A stretch of 64,000 bases of DNA from Nannocystis bainbridge (GCF_028368995.1 NZ_JAQNDL010000001.1:3392001-3456000); one strand, 5' to 3'. Positions 18,378 through 27,891 are shown, numbered from the stretch's first letter. The notes: a model not told the origin generated them from the letters alone. A program made the numbers and translations.

Positions 18378-20141
18378 TCATCCGTATAGTTGCTTAAGCC
18401 GAACGATGAGCATTTTTTTCTGCAGACTTGGCCCCGGCGCCTGTTGCTCGAGTCTCGCAGTCATGCGCTTGACCCAGTCTCCGGAACCGCCGATCCGGAG
18501 CAGCTCCACGACCTGAATCTGATCATGGTAGGTAAGCGAGAGCAGTATTTTGACGAAATCATCAGTGTCGACTTCTTGCAAAGCGCCGAGCGGCACGGCC
18601 GCCTCACGGCGCCAGCAGTCCTGCAAGTCGACTCCAAGCGCAGCAGCGAAGGCTTGTCCTCCTTGGCGCAAGGCTTTGAGAAGCTTCACTGACTCCAACT
18701 GAATTATTCTCCGCTCGCTCGACCTGGAGCTTTCGGTAGCGTACTTCACAAGCTCCTGAAATTCAGCCATTTCAACGGCCGCATACACTACTCCTGCGTA
18801 TGATTTCGGATACACAAAGCAGGCGTCGCAAGTCTCCGCGTCACGATTAATTGATGCAATTGCACATTTTGCTGCATCGATAATGCTCGCTATGCTCCGC
18901 ACGGAACACACCACCCCCTCATCTTGCGCCCACATATGAGTAGCAGCGACGTGTAAGATTTGACCAGCAGTGTGAAGATTCTTATCAATCAGAGATTTCC
19001 ATGTATTTTCCAGAAGATCATTGAACTCCGAGTCTGAAAACTTATCAAAGTTGATCAAGCGCAGCCAGTCCGGCGGTTGAGCATCCTCCACCACGCGTTT
19101 GCATTCGGAGGCGAGTTCGGCTACTTCGATCTCGCCACGCGCAAAGAAGCCACGCCACCAATTCAGCGAGAGAACCTGTGGCGATAGTGAGAGCGCCGAG
19201 TATCGGCGGTAAATAGTATCATCCAAGCTATCGCCGCTCTGTTTTCCCGAAACAATATTCGCCACGCGCGGCTCAATCTCATCGGGCTTCAATGCGCCGG
19301 AGTAGACCCCAAATGCCAGGGGCAGTGTGGAATCAAGCAACCTCAAAGCCAATGTCTGCTCGTCCTGCAGATCGCTGGGAATCACCGTGAATATGCGGCA
19401 AAAGTCGCGAATGGCAAAGCGGAGGACACGCAGGCTGGTGCATTGGGAATGCTCAAAAAGCTGCAGCGCGCGTCCTCGATGCCTCTTGAGGACTGTCGCG
19501 CACATGTCACTTTCTTCACTGAGCATGCAGTCCAATGCGCCCGCCGCATCGGGGGTCACCTTGAGGGTCATGCCGATGGTTTTCTCCTTGGTCCGCCGGT
19601 AGGATCCGTCCTTTCCCTCTATCTCATTCTCTGCTGACAGCAGGATTACCTTCTTGCCATCATGTTCGACCAACTGGTTGATGAGGCCCCACAGTTCGTC
19701 TCCGGCAACGGCGCAGCGTTCAATGTCGTCGAAGACTAGGATGTCTTTGTCGGTTGAGGGATTCTTTTTTACCTCATCCATGACCCCGGGGAGCCCCGCG
19801 CTGACTTGCAAGTCCCCCTTGTTGTCGCCATTCAAATCGATGGTTGTCGAGATTTTCACAAGCCCCTTGATCAGCCGCCCCGCAATGACAGCTCCTTTCG
19901 ATGCAAGAAACGGATGGCGTGCAGCAAAAATTCGTTCGGCCACATCATTGGCGGATTTGGCTCCGTATAGGCTTATGTAGAGATATTTGTTGAGTTTATC
20001 GGAGGACGAGTGGCGTTGAATCAGCCAAGTCTTGCCCGTGCCCCACTCACCCGTTATCATCAATGCGTAGCGGGGCGGCGTGGTGTAGCATGCATAGTGG
20101 GTGAGATATGACAGGATGTGCTGGTTCGGATTCTCGGACAT
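18378..20141 (-). CDS. KAP-family P-loop NTPase (low GC, probably acquired horizontally)
   Basis: Walker A GEWGTGKT, YISLYG, Walker B ILVFDDIER, KEK motif; visibly AT-richer than the flanks. Confidence 0.85.
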   Translation of the reverse strand: MSENPNQHILSYLTHYACYTTPPRYALMITGEWGTGKTWLIQRHSSSDKLNKYLYISLYGAKSANDVAERIFAARHPFLASKGAVIAGRLIKGLVKISTTIDLNGDNKGDLQVSAGLPGVMDEVKKNPSTDKDILVFDDIERCAVAGDELWGLINQLVEHDGKKVILLSAENEIEGKDGSYRRTKEKTIGMTLKVTPDAAGALDCMLSEESDMCATVLKRHRGRALQLFEHSQCTSLRVLRFAIRDFCRIFTVIPSDLQDEQTLALRLLDSTLPLAFGVYSGALKPDEIEPRVANIVSGKQSGDSLDDTIYRRYSALSLSPQVLSLNWWRGFFARGEIEVAELASECKRVVEDAQPPDWLRLINFDKFSDSEFNDLLENTWKSLIDKNLHTAGQILHVAATHMWAQDEGVVCSVRSIASIIDAAKCAIASINRDAETCDACFVYPKSYAGVVYAAVEMAEFQELVKYATESSRSSERRIIQLESVKLLKALRQGGQAFAAALGVDLQDCWRREAAVPLGALQEVDTDDFVKILLSLTYHDQIQVVELLRIGGSGDWVKRMTARLEQQAPGPSLQKKMLIVRLKQLYG

Positions 20142-20258
20142 GAATAGGATTATCGCCCACTGCACGAGCAAATGTCAACTCGTCCATTCGAAGGGACATG
20201 CCCGGGGCAAGGGAGTCGGGGGCAACAGGCCGGCGTTGAGGGCTGACCCAAACCTGCC

Positions 20259-20564
20259 CTACTGCGGAATAAACTTCGAGCAGGCTGTCCCGATGAGGTT
20301 GGTAGCGACGTCGAACCCGGGCCCGTAGTCGGACTCACTCCAGCCGATCGAGTACATATACGGGAACAGCGCGCGAAATTGACAAATGTGGTCGTAGTCC
20401 TTGCACTCGCCGCCGTACTTGCTGGCGATACTGAACACGACCACGGCCGCGCCATCGCCATGCTTGGCTTCGATCACCGCTTGCGCCACTCGGCGGGGGT
20501 ACCTTCCGAGTCTTCGTCGGCGGTGACGAAGGCAAGGGCCACGACCATGACGTACTACATCCAC
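20259..20564 (-). pseudogene. C-terminal remnant of a myxobacterial vWA-like lipoprotein
   Basis: AKHGD..AVVVFSI...FPY...DYGP.F....LI.TAC..F.PQ resembles these C-termini from memory; no N-terminus is present. Confidence 0.4.
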
Positions 20565-20817
20565 CTCGATAAGCTGCGTAAGGCTCGCTAGGCGGTGGAC
20601 ATGCTGGCGGGAACCGCCCCGCCCCCGACGCTGGCACCCGTGGTGCCGATGCGGCCGACCCCGCCGGTCCGTGGCAACCGCCTGGCACTGGCTGGTAAGT
20701 AGCCCGGGTTCTGTCGTATACGTGGAATTGAGCCGAATTCACAGTCGGCAATTCGCTAAGCAGGACACCCGGCCCGGCTCGCACTCGCGGCCCACTCGAC
20801 TCGAAGCCGAGAACCCG

Positions 20818-21336
20818 TCACCCCCCGAGCCGCTGCGTCACTTCCGCCTCGAGCTCCGCGATCTTCACCTCGCCCGCGAACACCTTCACGATCTGCCCGT
20901 CCTTATCGACCACGTACAGCGTCGGCATCTTCGGCGGCGACCACGACTTCGCCAGCGCCTGTCCTTCATCGAAAATCATCGGGAACGACACTGGCACATC
21001 GCGGAGGAACGCCTGCGCGTCCTCGCGTTGCTCGTCCATGCTCACTCCGACCATCTCCAGCCCGTTCGCCTGGTGGCGCTTGTAGAGCGCCTCGAGCTCC
21101 GGGAACTCTCGGCGGCATGGTTCGCACCACGACGCCCAGAAGTCGACCAGCACCAGCTTCCCGCGCATCGTTGCCAGGTCCACCGTCGTCCCCGCCCCGG
21201 CCAACGACGGCCCGGCCAGCGCGGGTGCCGGCCTCTCCGCCGTCGCCGGCGCACCGCCGTCGGGCGCCTTCGTCGCGGGTTGCGGCTCGCAGGCCGACAG
21301 GAGGAACATGGCGAAGAGGACAGGTCGTGAAAACAT
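20818..21336 (-). CDS. TlpA-family thioredoxin-like lipoprotein
   Basis: Lipobox LSAC; GKLVLVDFWASWCEPC; MPTLYVVDKDG. Confidence 0.92.
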   Translation of the reverse strand: MFSRPVLFAMFLLSACEPQPATKAPDGGAPATAERPAPALAGPSLAGAGTTVDLATMRGKLVLVDFWASWCEPCRREFPELEALYKRHQANGLEMVGVSMDEQREDAQAFLRDVPVSFPMIFDEGQALAKSWSPPKMPTLYVVDKDGQIVKVFAGEVKIAELEAEVTQRLGG

Positions 21337-21366
21337 GCGTGTGTGCTCCGAAGAAAGCCGGCCGTA

Positions 21367-22455
21367 TCAGTAGCGCCCGCCGAGCATGGCCGACAGCTCG
21401 AGGGCCCACACCCGCGACAGCCCGACGAAGTCGTCGTAGCCGATGCGCGTGCCGGCGACCAGCGCCCCGACCTCGATCGCCCCGCGCTTCAGCGGTTTGG
21501 CGTAGAGGCTGTGGAGCGCCAGGCGCTGGCTGCCGAGCGACGACAGTTCGCGGTCGCGGGTGAAGTAACCACCTGGCCCTGGGGCCATGTAGTGAGAGCG
21601 GTAGAAGAACGCCGCCGACTGCGCGTAATGGCGGTACTCGAGCGCCAGCGTCGCCCCGCGGGCCGGCACCACCGACAGGTCGACCGCCGCCGTGTGCGAG
21701 CGCAGCTGCCACGAATCGTAGTAGAAGCGGTACGTCGCCCCGATCGACACTTTGCGGTGCAGCGCCTGGCGGGCCCGCAGCACCCACGCGTGGCGGTTGC
21801 GGCGGCGCGGGTGGACCTCGGGCAGGCAGAACTGCGTCGTCTCGTTGCAAAGCCCGCCGTCGCCGCCGACCGCCACGAACCGGTACGGGCTCGCCATGTA
21901 GCCGAGCGCCCCGCGCAGCTCGTAGGCCAGCTGCAGCAGCGTCGTCTTCGTCAGCACGAACGTCGCGCTGACCAGCGCCCCGCCGGCGCGCACCGGCTCG
22001 CGGAACGTCGGGTCGCCCGAGCGGCCGACGCGGTCGAGCGCGCCGAACAGCCGCCCGGCCAGCGTGATCGTGCGCTGCGCCAGGTCGACCTTGCCGCCGA
22101 GCGTCGCGCTGTTCGCCAGGTAGTCCGGCTCGTGCGAAAAGCGATACGACGCCGACCACGCCGTGATCCCGCGCTCACGCTCGACCCCGACGACCCCCTC
22201 GTGACGGTTCTCGCGCACGATCGGCGTCGCGGCCGTGCGGATGTCCACCGACGCGCTGGTCCAGGCGTCGAGGCTGTAGCTGATGTCCAGCTGCGTCTGC
22301 GGGCCGCCCAATTGCTGCCGCAGGTGCGCCCGCGGCGAGATCACCGTCGTCCGGTCGCTGTCCGTGCGCACGTAGATGCCGCCACGGACCTGGCCCCCGA
22401 TCGGGGCCGGCTCGGCCGCCTGGACCAGAGCCAAACTCAGGGGGATCCACCTCAT
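21367..22455 (-). CDS. DUF3570 family outer-membrane protein
   Basis: DSD.TTVISP, Y.LDAWTSAS.D, SHEPDY, YRFYYDSW...SHT, RHYAQSAAFFY, TRDRELS. Confidence 0.85.
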   Translation of the reverse strand: MRWIPLSLALVQAAEPAPIGGQVRGGIYVRTDSDRTTVISPRAHLRQQLGGPQTQLDISYSLDAWTSASVDIRTAATPIVRENRHEGVVGVERERGITAWSASYRFSHEPDYLANSATLGGKVDLAQRTITLAGRLFGALDRVGRSGDPTFREPVRAGGALVSATFVLTKTTLLQLAYELRGALGYMASPYRFVAVGGDGGLCNETTQFCLPEVHPRRRNRHAWVLRARQALHRKVSIGATYRFYYDSWQLRSHTAAVDLSVVPARGATLALEYRHYAQSAAFFYRSHYMAPGPGGYFTRDRELSSLGSQRLALHSLYAKPLKRGAIEVGALVAGTRIGYDDFVGLSRVWALELSAMLGGRY

Positions 22456-22491
22456 TGGCGGCGAATCATCACGCGCACAGCGCGCGTCACC

Positions 22492-22520
22492 CTGAAATTA
22501 ATTTTGAAATCCATTTTCAG
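22492..22520. promoter_or_regulatory. Fur-like box in the divergent promoter
   Basis: AT-rich patch; the reverse complement of 22504-22519 (TGAAAATGGATTTCAA) matches 56889-56904 (TGAAAACTGATTTCAA) at 14 of 16 positions. Confidence 0.6.
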
Positions 22521-22570
22521 ATCGGAGACTATCCGCCGCGACGTTCTCCGTCAACTCTGGAGTCTCCGCC

Positions 22571-23005
22571 ATGGCCCGTAAGGCACGCCCCACGCTCGTT
22601 CTGCTCCTCGGACTCGCCGCATGCGGTGGGCTCGGAAACCCGAGCGACAGCGACAACAACAACTTCACCACGGCGGTCCCGCCGTGGATGGGCAGCGAGA
22701 GCGACAGCGGCAGCGGCAGCGGCAACGTGGTCCCTGGCGGTCCTTCGACGACCACCACCGGCGCCTCGGCCAGCGACACCGCGACCACCGGCGAGCCGAC
22801 GACCTCCGACAGCACCACGACGACTTCGACCTCCACGTCGACCTCGACGACCGCGCCCGACCCGACCGGCGCGCCGAAGCTCGACCTGCCGCCGAGCTTC
22901 ACCACCGGCGAGACCGACACCGACAAGGACAAGGACAAAGACAAGGACAAGGACGACGACAAGGACAAGGACGTGGACACGACCACGTTGCCCGCGCCGC
23001 TGTGA
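22571..23005 (+). CDS. Small low-complexity lipoprotein with (DK)n tail
   Basis: RBS GGAG, lipobox LAAC, Thr-rich, DKDKDKDK repeat. Confidence 0.7.
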   Translation: MARKARPTLVLLLGLAACGGLGNPSDSDNNNFTTAVPPWMGSESDSGSGSGNVVPGGPSTTTTGASASDTATTGEPTTSDSTTTTSTSTSTSTTAPDPTGAPKLDLPPSFTTGETDTDKDKDKDKDKDDDKDKDVDTTTLPAPL

Positions 23006-24498
23006 TCGCCGGGCCCTCACCGCGCCCCTCGGCCGTCCGCGAAGCCGCGACCTTGCTGCTGGCTGGCCTGTGCTTCGGCGCCAGCCAGCAGCTCGTCGTC
23101 CGTGAGCTCGTCAGCCTCCTCTACGGCGAGGAGGTGGTGCTGCTGTTCGTCTCCGCCGCCGCGCTCGCGGCCGCCTCGCTTGGCTACCGCCTCGGCGCGC
23201 GCCTGTCCCCGCGGGCCCTCGCCGGCCTGCTGCTGACCTGCGGCGCCCTGCTGCTGCTGTCGCCCGCGCTGCCACGATTCGCGGTCGCCGGCCTGTGCCT
23301 CCTGCGCGGCGACTCCGGCCCCGAATTGTTGGTAGTCCTCGCCCTGCTGACATTCGCCGCCGCCGCCCCGTTCACCGCCATCGTCCCGGCCCTGCTCGAC
23401 CGCCACGAGCAGCCCGAGGACCGCCTCGCCGCCCTGCGTCGCGGCTACACCGCCGAGCTGATCGGCTTCGGCCTCGGCAGCACCGCCGCCCTCGCCCTCG
23501 GCAGCGCCCCCGGCCTGCGCTTCGCCGTGCTCGCCGCCGCCCTGGTCGCCCTCGTCCACGTCAGCCTCGACCGCCGCCGCGTCACCCTCGCCTGCACCGT
23601 CGCCGCCGCCCTCGCCTGCGCCACCCATGCCCCGCTGTCGCGGCTCGGCGCCGATCTGGTGTATCGCCACAAGCACCGCCTGCCCGGCGCCGAGGTGGTG
23701 TGGTCGGTCGATTCGCCGTACCAGCGGGTCGAGGTCGTCACCGCCCCGGGCCGCGGCCGCATGCTCTACCTCGACGGCCTGCGCGACCTCGACGACCGCG
23801 ACCTCGGCGCGCTCAATCACTACCTCGCACGCGCCCCGGCGACGCTGGTGCAGCCGAAGCAGGCGCTGCTGGTCGGCAACGGCACGCTGTCGATGGTGCC
23901 CGAGCTGGCGCGCCTGTCCGATCATCTGACCACGGTGGAGATCGATCCGGCGGTGGTCGACGCGGGGGCGCGCTTCTTCACCCCGGGCGAGCCGCTGGCC
24001 CGGCTCGCCAACTGGCGCCTGGTGCTGGCCGACGGCAAGCAATTCCTGGCCGCGACCGAGCAGCGCTTCGACCTGATCGCGGTCGACGTGCCGTCGCCGC
24101 TGACGCTCGGCGAGGCCTATCTGCACACCCGCGAATTCTACGCCCTGTGCCGCGCGCGCCTCAACTCGGGCGGGGTCCTGGCGATCCAGCTGAGCGGCCC
24201 GCTCGGCGCCCCGACCCGCACCCCGGCCCGCCTGGTCGCGTCGCTGCGCGCCGAGTTCCCGGCCGTGGTCGTGGCCGACAGCGAGACGGCCGACCGCGCC
24301 TTCGCCTACGCCTCCGACGCGCTGCCGTTCACGCCCGAGGCGCTGCAGTCGGTCGCGGTCGCCGGTGAGCGGGCGCTCGCCGTGATCGCCGGCCCCGAGC
24401 TCGACCGCCGCATCGAAGGCGCCGTACCCTTGACCCTCGACGACCTCGACCTCGTGCTGCGCCGCGGCGCCGAACGCCTGCGCGAGCGCTACCTGTGA
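23002..24498 (+). CDS. Membrane protein fused to a spermidine-synthase-like domain
   Basis: GTGA overlap with the upstream stop; N-terminal TM helices; SPYQRVEV, LYLDG, LLVGNG, VEIDPAVV, DGKQFL, FDLIAVD, HTREFY. Confidence 0.8.
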   Translation: MIAGPSPRPSAVREAATLLLAGLCFGASQQLVVRELVSLLYGEEVVLLFVSAAALAAASLGYRLGARLSPRALAGLLLTCGALLLLSPALPRFAVAGLCLLRGDSGPELLVVLALLTFAAAAPFTAIVPALLDRHEQPEDRLAALRRGYTAELIGFGLGSTAALALGSAPGLRFAVLAAALVALVHVSLDRRRVTLACTVAAALACATHAPLSRLGADLVYRHKHRLPGAEVVWSVDSPYQRVEVVTAPGRGRMLYLDGLRDLDDRDLGALNHYLARAPATLVQPKQALLVGNGTLSMVPELARLSDHLTTVEIDPAVVDAGARFFTPGEPLARLANWRLVLADGKQFLAATEQRFDLIAVDVPSPLTLGEAYLHTREFYALCRARLNSGGVLAIQLSGPLGAPTRTPARLVASLRAEFPAVVVADSETADRAFAYASDALPFTPEALQSVAVAGERALAVIAGPELDRRIEGAVPLTLDDLDLVLRRGAERLRERYL

Positions 24499-24565
24499 CC
24501 GCCATGCCGCGCGCCGCCACCACGCCCGCTCGCCCCGCGCTCCGCGTCGCGCACGCCAGCACCTC

Positions 24566-25492
24566 GTGACCGCCATGCCGCGCGCCCTGCCCTCCGCGTT
24601 CCTCGTCGGCGTCCACCTCGGGCTGCTGCAGGCCGGGCTGCTGCTGACGCTGTCGCGCGCGCTGTCGGCCGCGCACACCACCTACGCGCTGGTGCTGACC
24701 GCGTGGCTCGCCGGCTCGGCGCTCGGCTTGTGGTCGCGCGCGCCGGCCCGCGACCTGCCGCGCGCGCTCGGGCTCGGGCTCGTCGCCTACGCCGGCGCCG
24801 CGCTGGCGCTCGGCAGCGTCGACTTCATCGCCGCCAGCCCGTGGTGGTTCGCCCCGGCGGTGGCCGCCGCCGGCCTCGCCTCGGGCACCTACTTCGCCGC
24901 CGCGGTCGCCGGCGGGGCCGCGACCGCCCGCGTGTTCGCGCGCGAGACCTGGGGCTTCCTCGCCGGCACCCTGCTGGCCGCCGCCGGCTACGCGTTCCTC
25001 GGACGACCTGCTCTTTTGTACATGCCCCTCGTGACAGGTACCCTCGCCCTCGCCCTGCGCCCGCGCGCCGCCCTCGCCGCCCTCGCCCTGCTGTCCTTCG
25101 GCTGCGACGACCCGGTGCGGGTGGTGCCCGCGCCCGACCGCGCCCGCTTCGGCGCCGAGGTCTACCCGGTGCTGCTGCGCGACTGCAGCTTCCCGGCCTG
25201 CCACGGCGACCCACGCCGCCCGCTGTTCATCCCCGGCCCCGGCCGCACCCGCCTCGGCACGCCCGAGTCGCCGCTCGACGCCCCGACCCGCGCCGAGGTC
25301 GACCTCGCCTACGACCGCGCCCGCGGCTGGCTGCTGGCCGAAGGCGACGAGCCGCCGCCGCTGCTCCACAAGCCCGGCCCGCGCGCCGCCCACGAGGGCC
25401 GTGACGAGCACGGCCGCAACGTCTATGAAGACCCGGACGCCCCCGGCCTGGCGATCCTCACCGCCTGGGCCGCAGGCACGGAGGCGCCGTGA
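24566..25492 (+). CDS. Membrane protein fused to a putative heme c domain
   Basis: Several TM segments, internal lipobox-like LLSFGC, motif CSFPACH (CX4CH). Confidence 0.6.
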   Translation: MTAMPRALPSAFLVGVHLGLLQAGLLLTLSRALSAAHTTYALVLTAWLAGSALGLWSRAPARDLPRALGLGLVAYAGAALALGSVDFIAASPWWFAPAVAAAGLASGTYFAAAVAGGAATARVFARETWGFLAGTLLAAAGYAFLGRPALLYMPLVTGTLALALRPRAALAALALLSFGCDDPVRVVPAPDRARFGAEVYPVLLRDCSFPACHGDPRRPLFIPGPGRTRLGTPESPLDAPTRAEVDLAYDRARGWLLAEGDEPPPLLHKPGPRAAHEGRDEHGRNVYEDPDAPGLAILTAWAAGTEAP

Positions 25493-25580
25493 TGGCTCGA
25501 AGCACATGGTCGATGCGACATGCCCCGAAGGGCATGCCCCAAAGCACATGCTTGAAAGAGCATGTCCTCTCGGACCTGTC
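25491..25580. repeat. GACATGTC 14-bp-period array
   Basis: CATG at 25505, 25519, 25533, 25547 and 25561; degenerate units at 25491 and 25575. Confidence 0.9.
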
Positions 25581-25616
25581 CATCCCCTCGCTCCCCGCGC
25601 GCCCGGAGGTGACCCG

Positions 25617-26480
25617 GTGATCCGCCCCGCCCCGCTGCTCGCCGCCCTCGTCGCCCTCGCGCCCGCCGTCGCGAGCGCCTACTCGTCGCCCGCGCTGTAC
25701 ACCGCCGACCCCGCGCGCACGGGAGGCGCGGGCGGACGGATCTTCAGCGGCAGCCCCGGCGACGGCTTCACCTGCGGGGTCTGCCACACCGGCGGCCCGC
25801 TGCCGACCCCGGAGATCCGCGGCGGCCCGAACGGCGCTTACAAACCTGGCGCGACGTACATGTTCGAAGTGACATGGCCCGAAGACGTGTTCGGGATCGT
25901 GCTCGAGGCGACCGACCCGGCCGGGGCCCCGCTCGGCACCCTGCGCCTGCCGCCGGCCGACATCCTCGAGGACGACGAGCTGTGCCCGGGCGGGCGCGCG
26001 GCCGAGTGGATCGAGTTCGCCGAGGGCGAAGCGCGCCAGGCGGTCGCGGTCAACGTGTGCGGCTCGCACCGCCTGCGCGTGCAGTGGACCGCCCCCGACA
26101 CCCACCTGCCCGGGGCGATCTACATGGCCGCGGTCGCGGCCGACGATGACGGCACCCCGGCCGGCGACGGCGCGGGCTTCTGGGAGTTCCCGGTCGGCCC
26201 CCCCGCCGCGACCGGCTGCAACCTCGGCGGCGCGCCGCCGTGGTGGGCCCTGCTGCTGCTGACCCGCCGGCGTCGCCGCGCCGCCGCGCTGCTCGGCGTG
26301 CTGTCTCTCGGGGCAGGTTGCGCCCGCGTCCAGCCCTACGAGCGCGGCCGCCTGGCCCAGCCCGACATGCAGCTCAACGGCGACGGTGACCTCGACGCCG
26401 GCCCCGAACACGCCCTCGACTACCGCGAAGGCTCGGCCGGCGGCCTCGGCGGCGGCGGCGGAGGTTGCGGATGCAACTGA
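25617..26480 (+). CDS. Secreted CXXCH/Reeler-like domain plus MYXO-CTERM-like segment plus DUF4266 fusion
   Basis: GTG start with GGAGGT RBS; signal peptide; GSPGDGFTCGVCH, VQWTAP; GCNLGG..WWALLLLTRRRRR; C-terminal VQPYERGRLA...REGSAGG.GGGGGGCGCN. Confidence 0.75.
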   Translation: MIRPAPLLAALVALAPAVASAYSSPALYTADPARTGGAGGRIFSGSPGDGFTCGVCHTGGPLPTPEIRGGPNGAYKPGATYMFEVTWPEDVFGIVLEATDPAGAPLGTLRLPPADILEDDELCPGGRAAEWIEFAEGEARQAVAVNVCGSHRLRVQWTAPDTHLPGAIYMAAVAADDDGTPAGDGAGFWEFPVGPPAATGCNLGGAPPWWALLLLTRRRRRAAALLGVLSLGAGCARVQPYERGRLAQPDMQLNGDGDLDAGPEHALDYREGSAGGLGGGGGGCGCN

Positions 26481-26551
26481 GCGAACCTCGCCGCGCGCCC
26501 CCGTCCTGCGACGCCGACATCCCTCGCGCCTCCTGCCACCCCGGTCACGCC

Positions 26552-27739
26552 ATGCCACGAAGCCTCGCCGTCCTCGCCCTCGTCCTCGCCTGCGCGCCCG
26601 ACGGCGGGGCCCGCTTCGAGTTCCCGGTGAGCGGCGCCGGCGGCAGCGACGGCACCGCCTCGACGACTGCCTACACCACCGGAGGGATCGAGGACTCGCT
26701 GACCTCCGGCGGCCCCGGCCTGCCGCCGCCGCTGCCCACCACCGTCGACCCGAGCGGCGCCACCAGCAGCGACAGCGACACCGGCGGCGGGCCGATCCCC
26801 GCGGCGCTGATCCCCGCCAAGGCCACCTGGCGCTGGCAGCCGCTGCAGGCCGCCGTCGCCGGCGACTGGAAGGTCGTCGGCTTCGATGATGCGACCTGGT
26901 CCGAAGGACAGGCTGCGTTCGGCGACGGCCCCGGCGACGCCACCCCGATCGACGCAACCACCGCCCCGCTCGGCCTGCGCCTGCGCCACACCTTCAGCGT
27001 GCCCGAGGCCGCCGACGACCTGCTGCTGCGCGCCTACCTGCGCCGCGGCGACGGCGTCGCGGTGTGGCTCAACGGCGTCCCGCTGCTGCGCTCCAACCTC
27101 CCGCCCGACCCGCTGGCCGCCGACACCCGGGCCCAGTCCGACCTCAAGGGCAACGAGCCGCTGCGCTACGTCCGGCTCGCCGCCCCGCACGCCAGCCTGC
27201 TCGCCGGCGACAACGTCGTCGCCGTCGAGGTCCGCCGCTATCAATCGGGCGCCGCGGGCATCGGCTTCGACCTCCAGCTCGACGTCTGGGACCTGGCCTA
27301 TGAGCCAGCCGACACCATGACCGCCCAGGTGCGCACGCGGACCTACGGGGGCGAGTACGCCGACGAGCACGTCGGCGTCGCGTGGATTCAGGGCGGCAGC
27401 GGCCTGGTGCGCACGCTGGCGGTGTGGGCCGAGGTCCGCGAGAATCACCTGATCCGCTGGCGCTCGCTGTCGGGCGGCGACAACGCCGACGCGATCACGT
27501 CGGCGACCCGCGGCTCGCACCGCACCACCGACCTCTCTTGGGACCTCAAGGACCAGCTCGGCCAACCAGCCGCGCCCGGGGACTACAAGCTGATGGTCGA
27601 GTTCACCGAGGACAACTCCAACGAGGGCCAGCCGCCCGGCCCGGTGCTCGAGATCCCGTTCACCCTCGGCGGCGGCCCGCACCTCACCGAAGTCCCCGCG
27701 CACCCGCAATTCGCCGACGGCCTGCTCGTGGTCCCCTGA
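26552..27739 (+). CDS. Lipoprotein with galactose-binding-like domain and C-terminal DUF2271
   Basis: Lipobox VLAC; W...GFDDATW.EG.A.FG; VAWIQ...VRTL.VW, DAITSAT (flavinylation-type motif), WDLKD..G...PGDY...VEFTED. Confidence 0.8.
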   Translation: MPRSLAVLALVLACAPDGGARFEFPVSGAGGSDGTASTTAYTTGGIEDSLTSGGPGLPPPLPTTVDPSGATSSDSDTGGGPIPAALIPAKATWRWQPLQAAVAGDWKVVGFDDATWSEGQAAFGDGPGDATPIDATTAPLGLRLRHTFSVPEAADDLLLRAYLRRGDGVAVWLNGVPLLRSNLPPDPLAADTRAQSDLKGNEPLRYVRLAAPHASLLAGDNVVAVEVRRYQSGAAGIGFDLQLDVWDLAYEPADTMTAQVRTRTYGGEYADEHVGVAWIQGGSGLVRTLAVWAEVRENHLIRWRSLSGGDNADAITSATRGSHRTTDLSWDLKDQLGQPAAPGDYKLMVEFTEDNSNEGQPPGPVLEIPFTLGGGPHLTEVPAHPQFADGLLVVP

Positions 27740-27891
27740 CCCCACGGCCGCGATTGCAATCAGCCGGACCTATGCGCCGAGTCGCCCCGGGTACAGCGAG
27801 CGTGCGCGCGGCCTCGTCAAGCCCACCGGCTTCGCAGAGCCGGACCCACCCGAGCTGTCTTTGAGGCCAAGTCGCTATCCGACGCAGTGCG

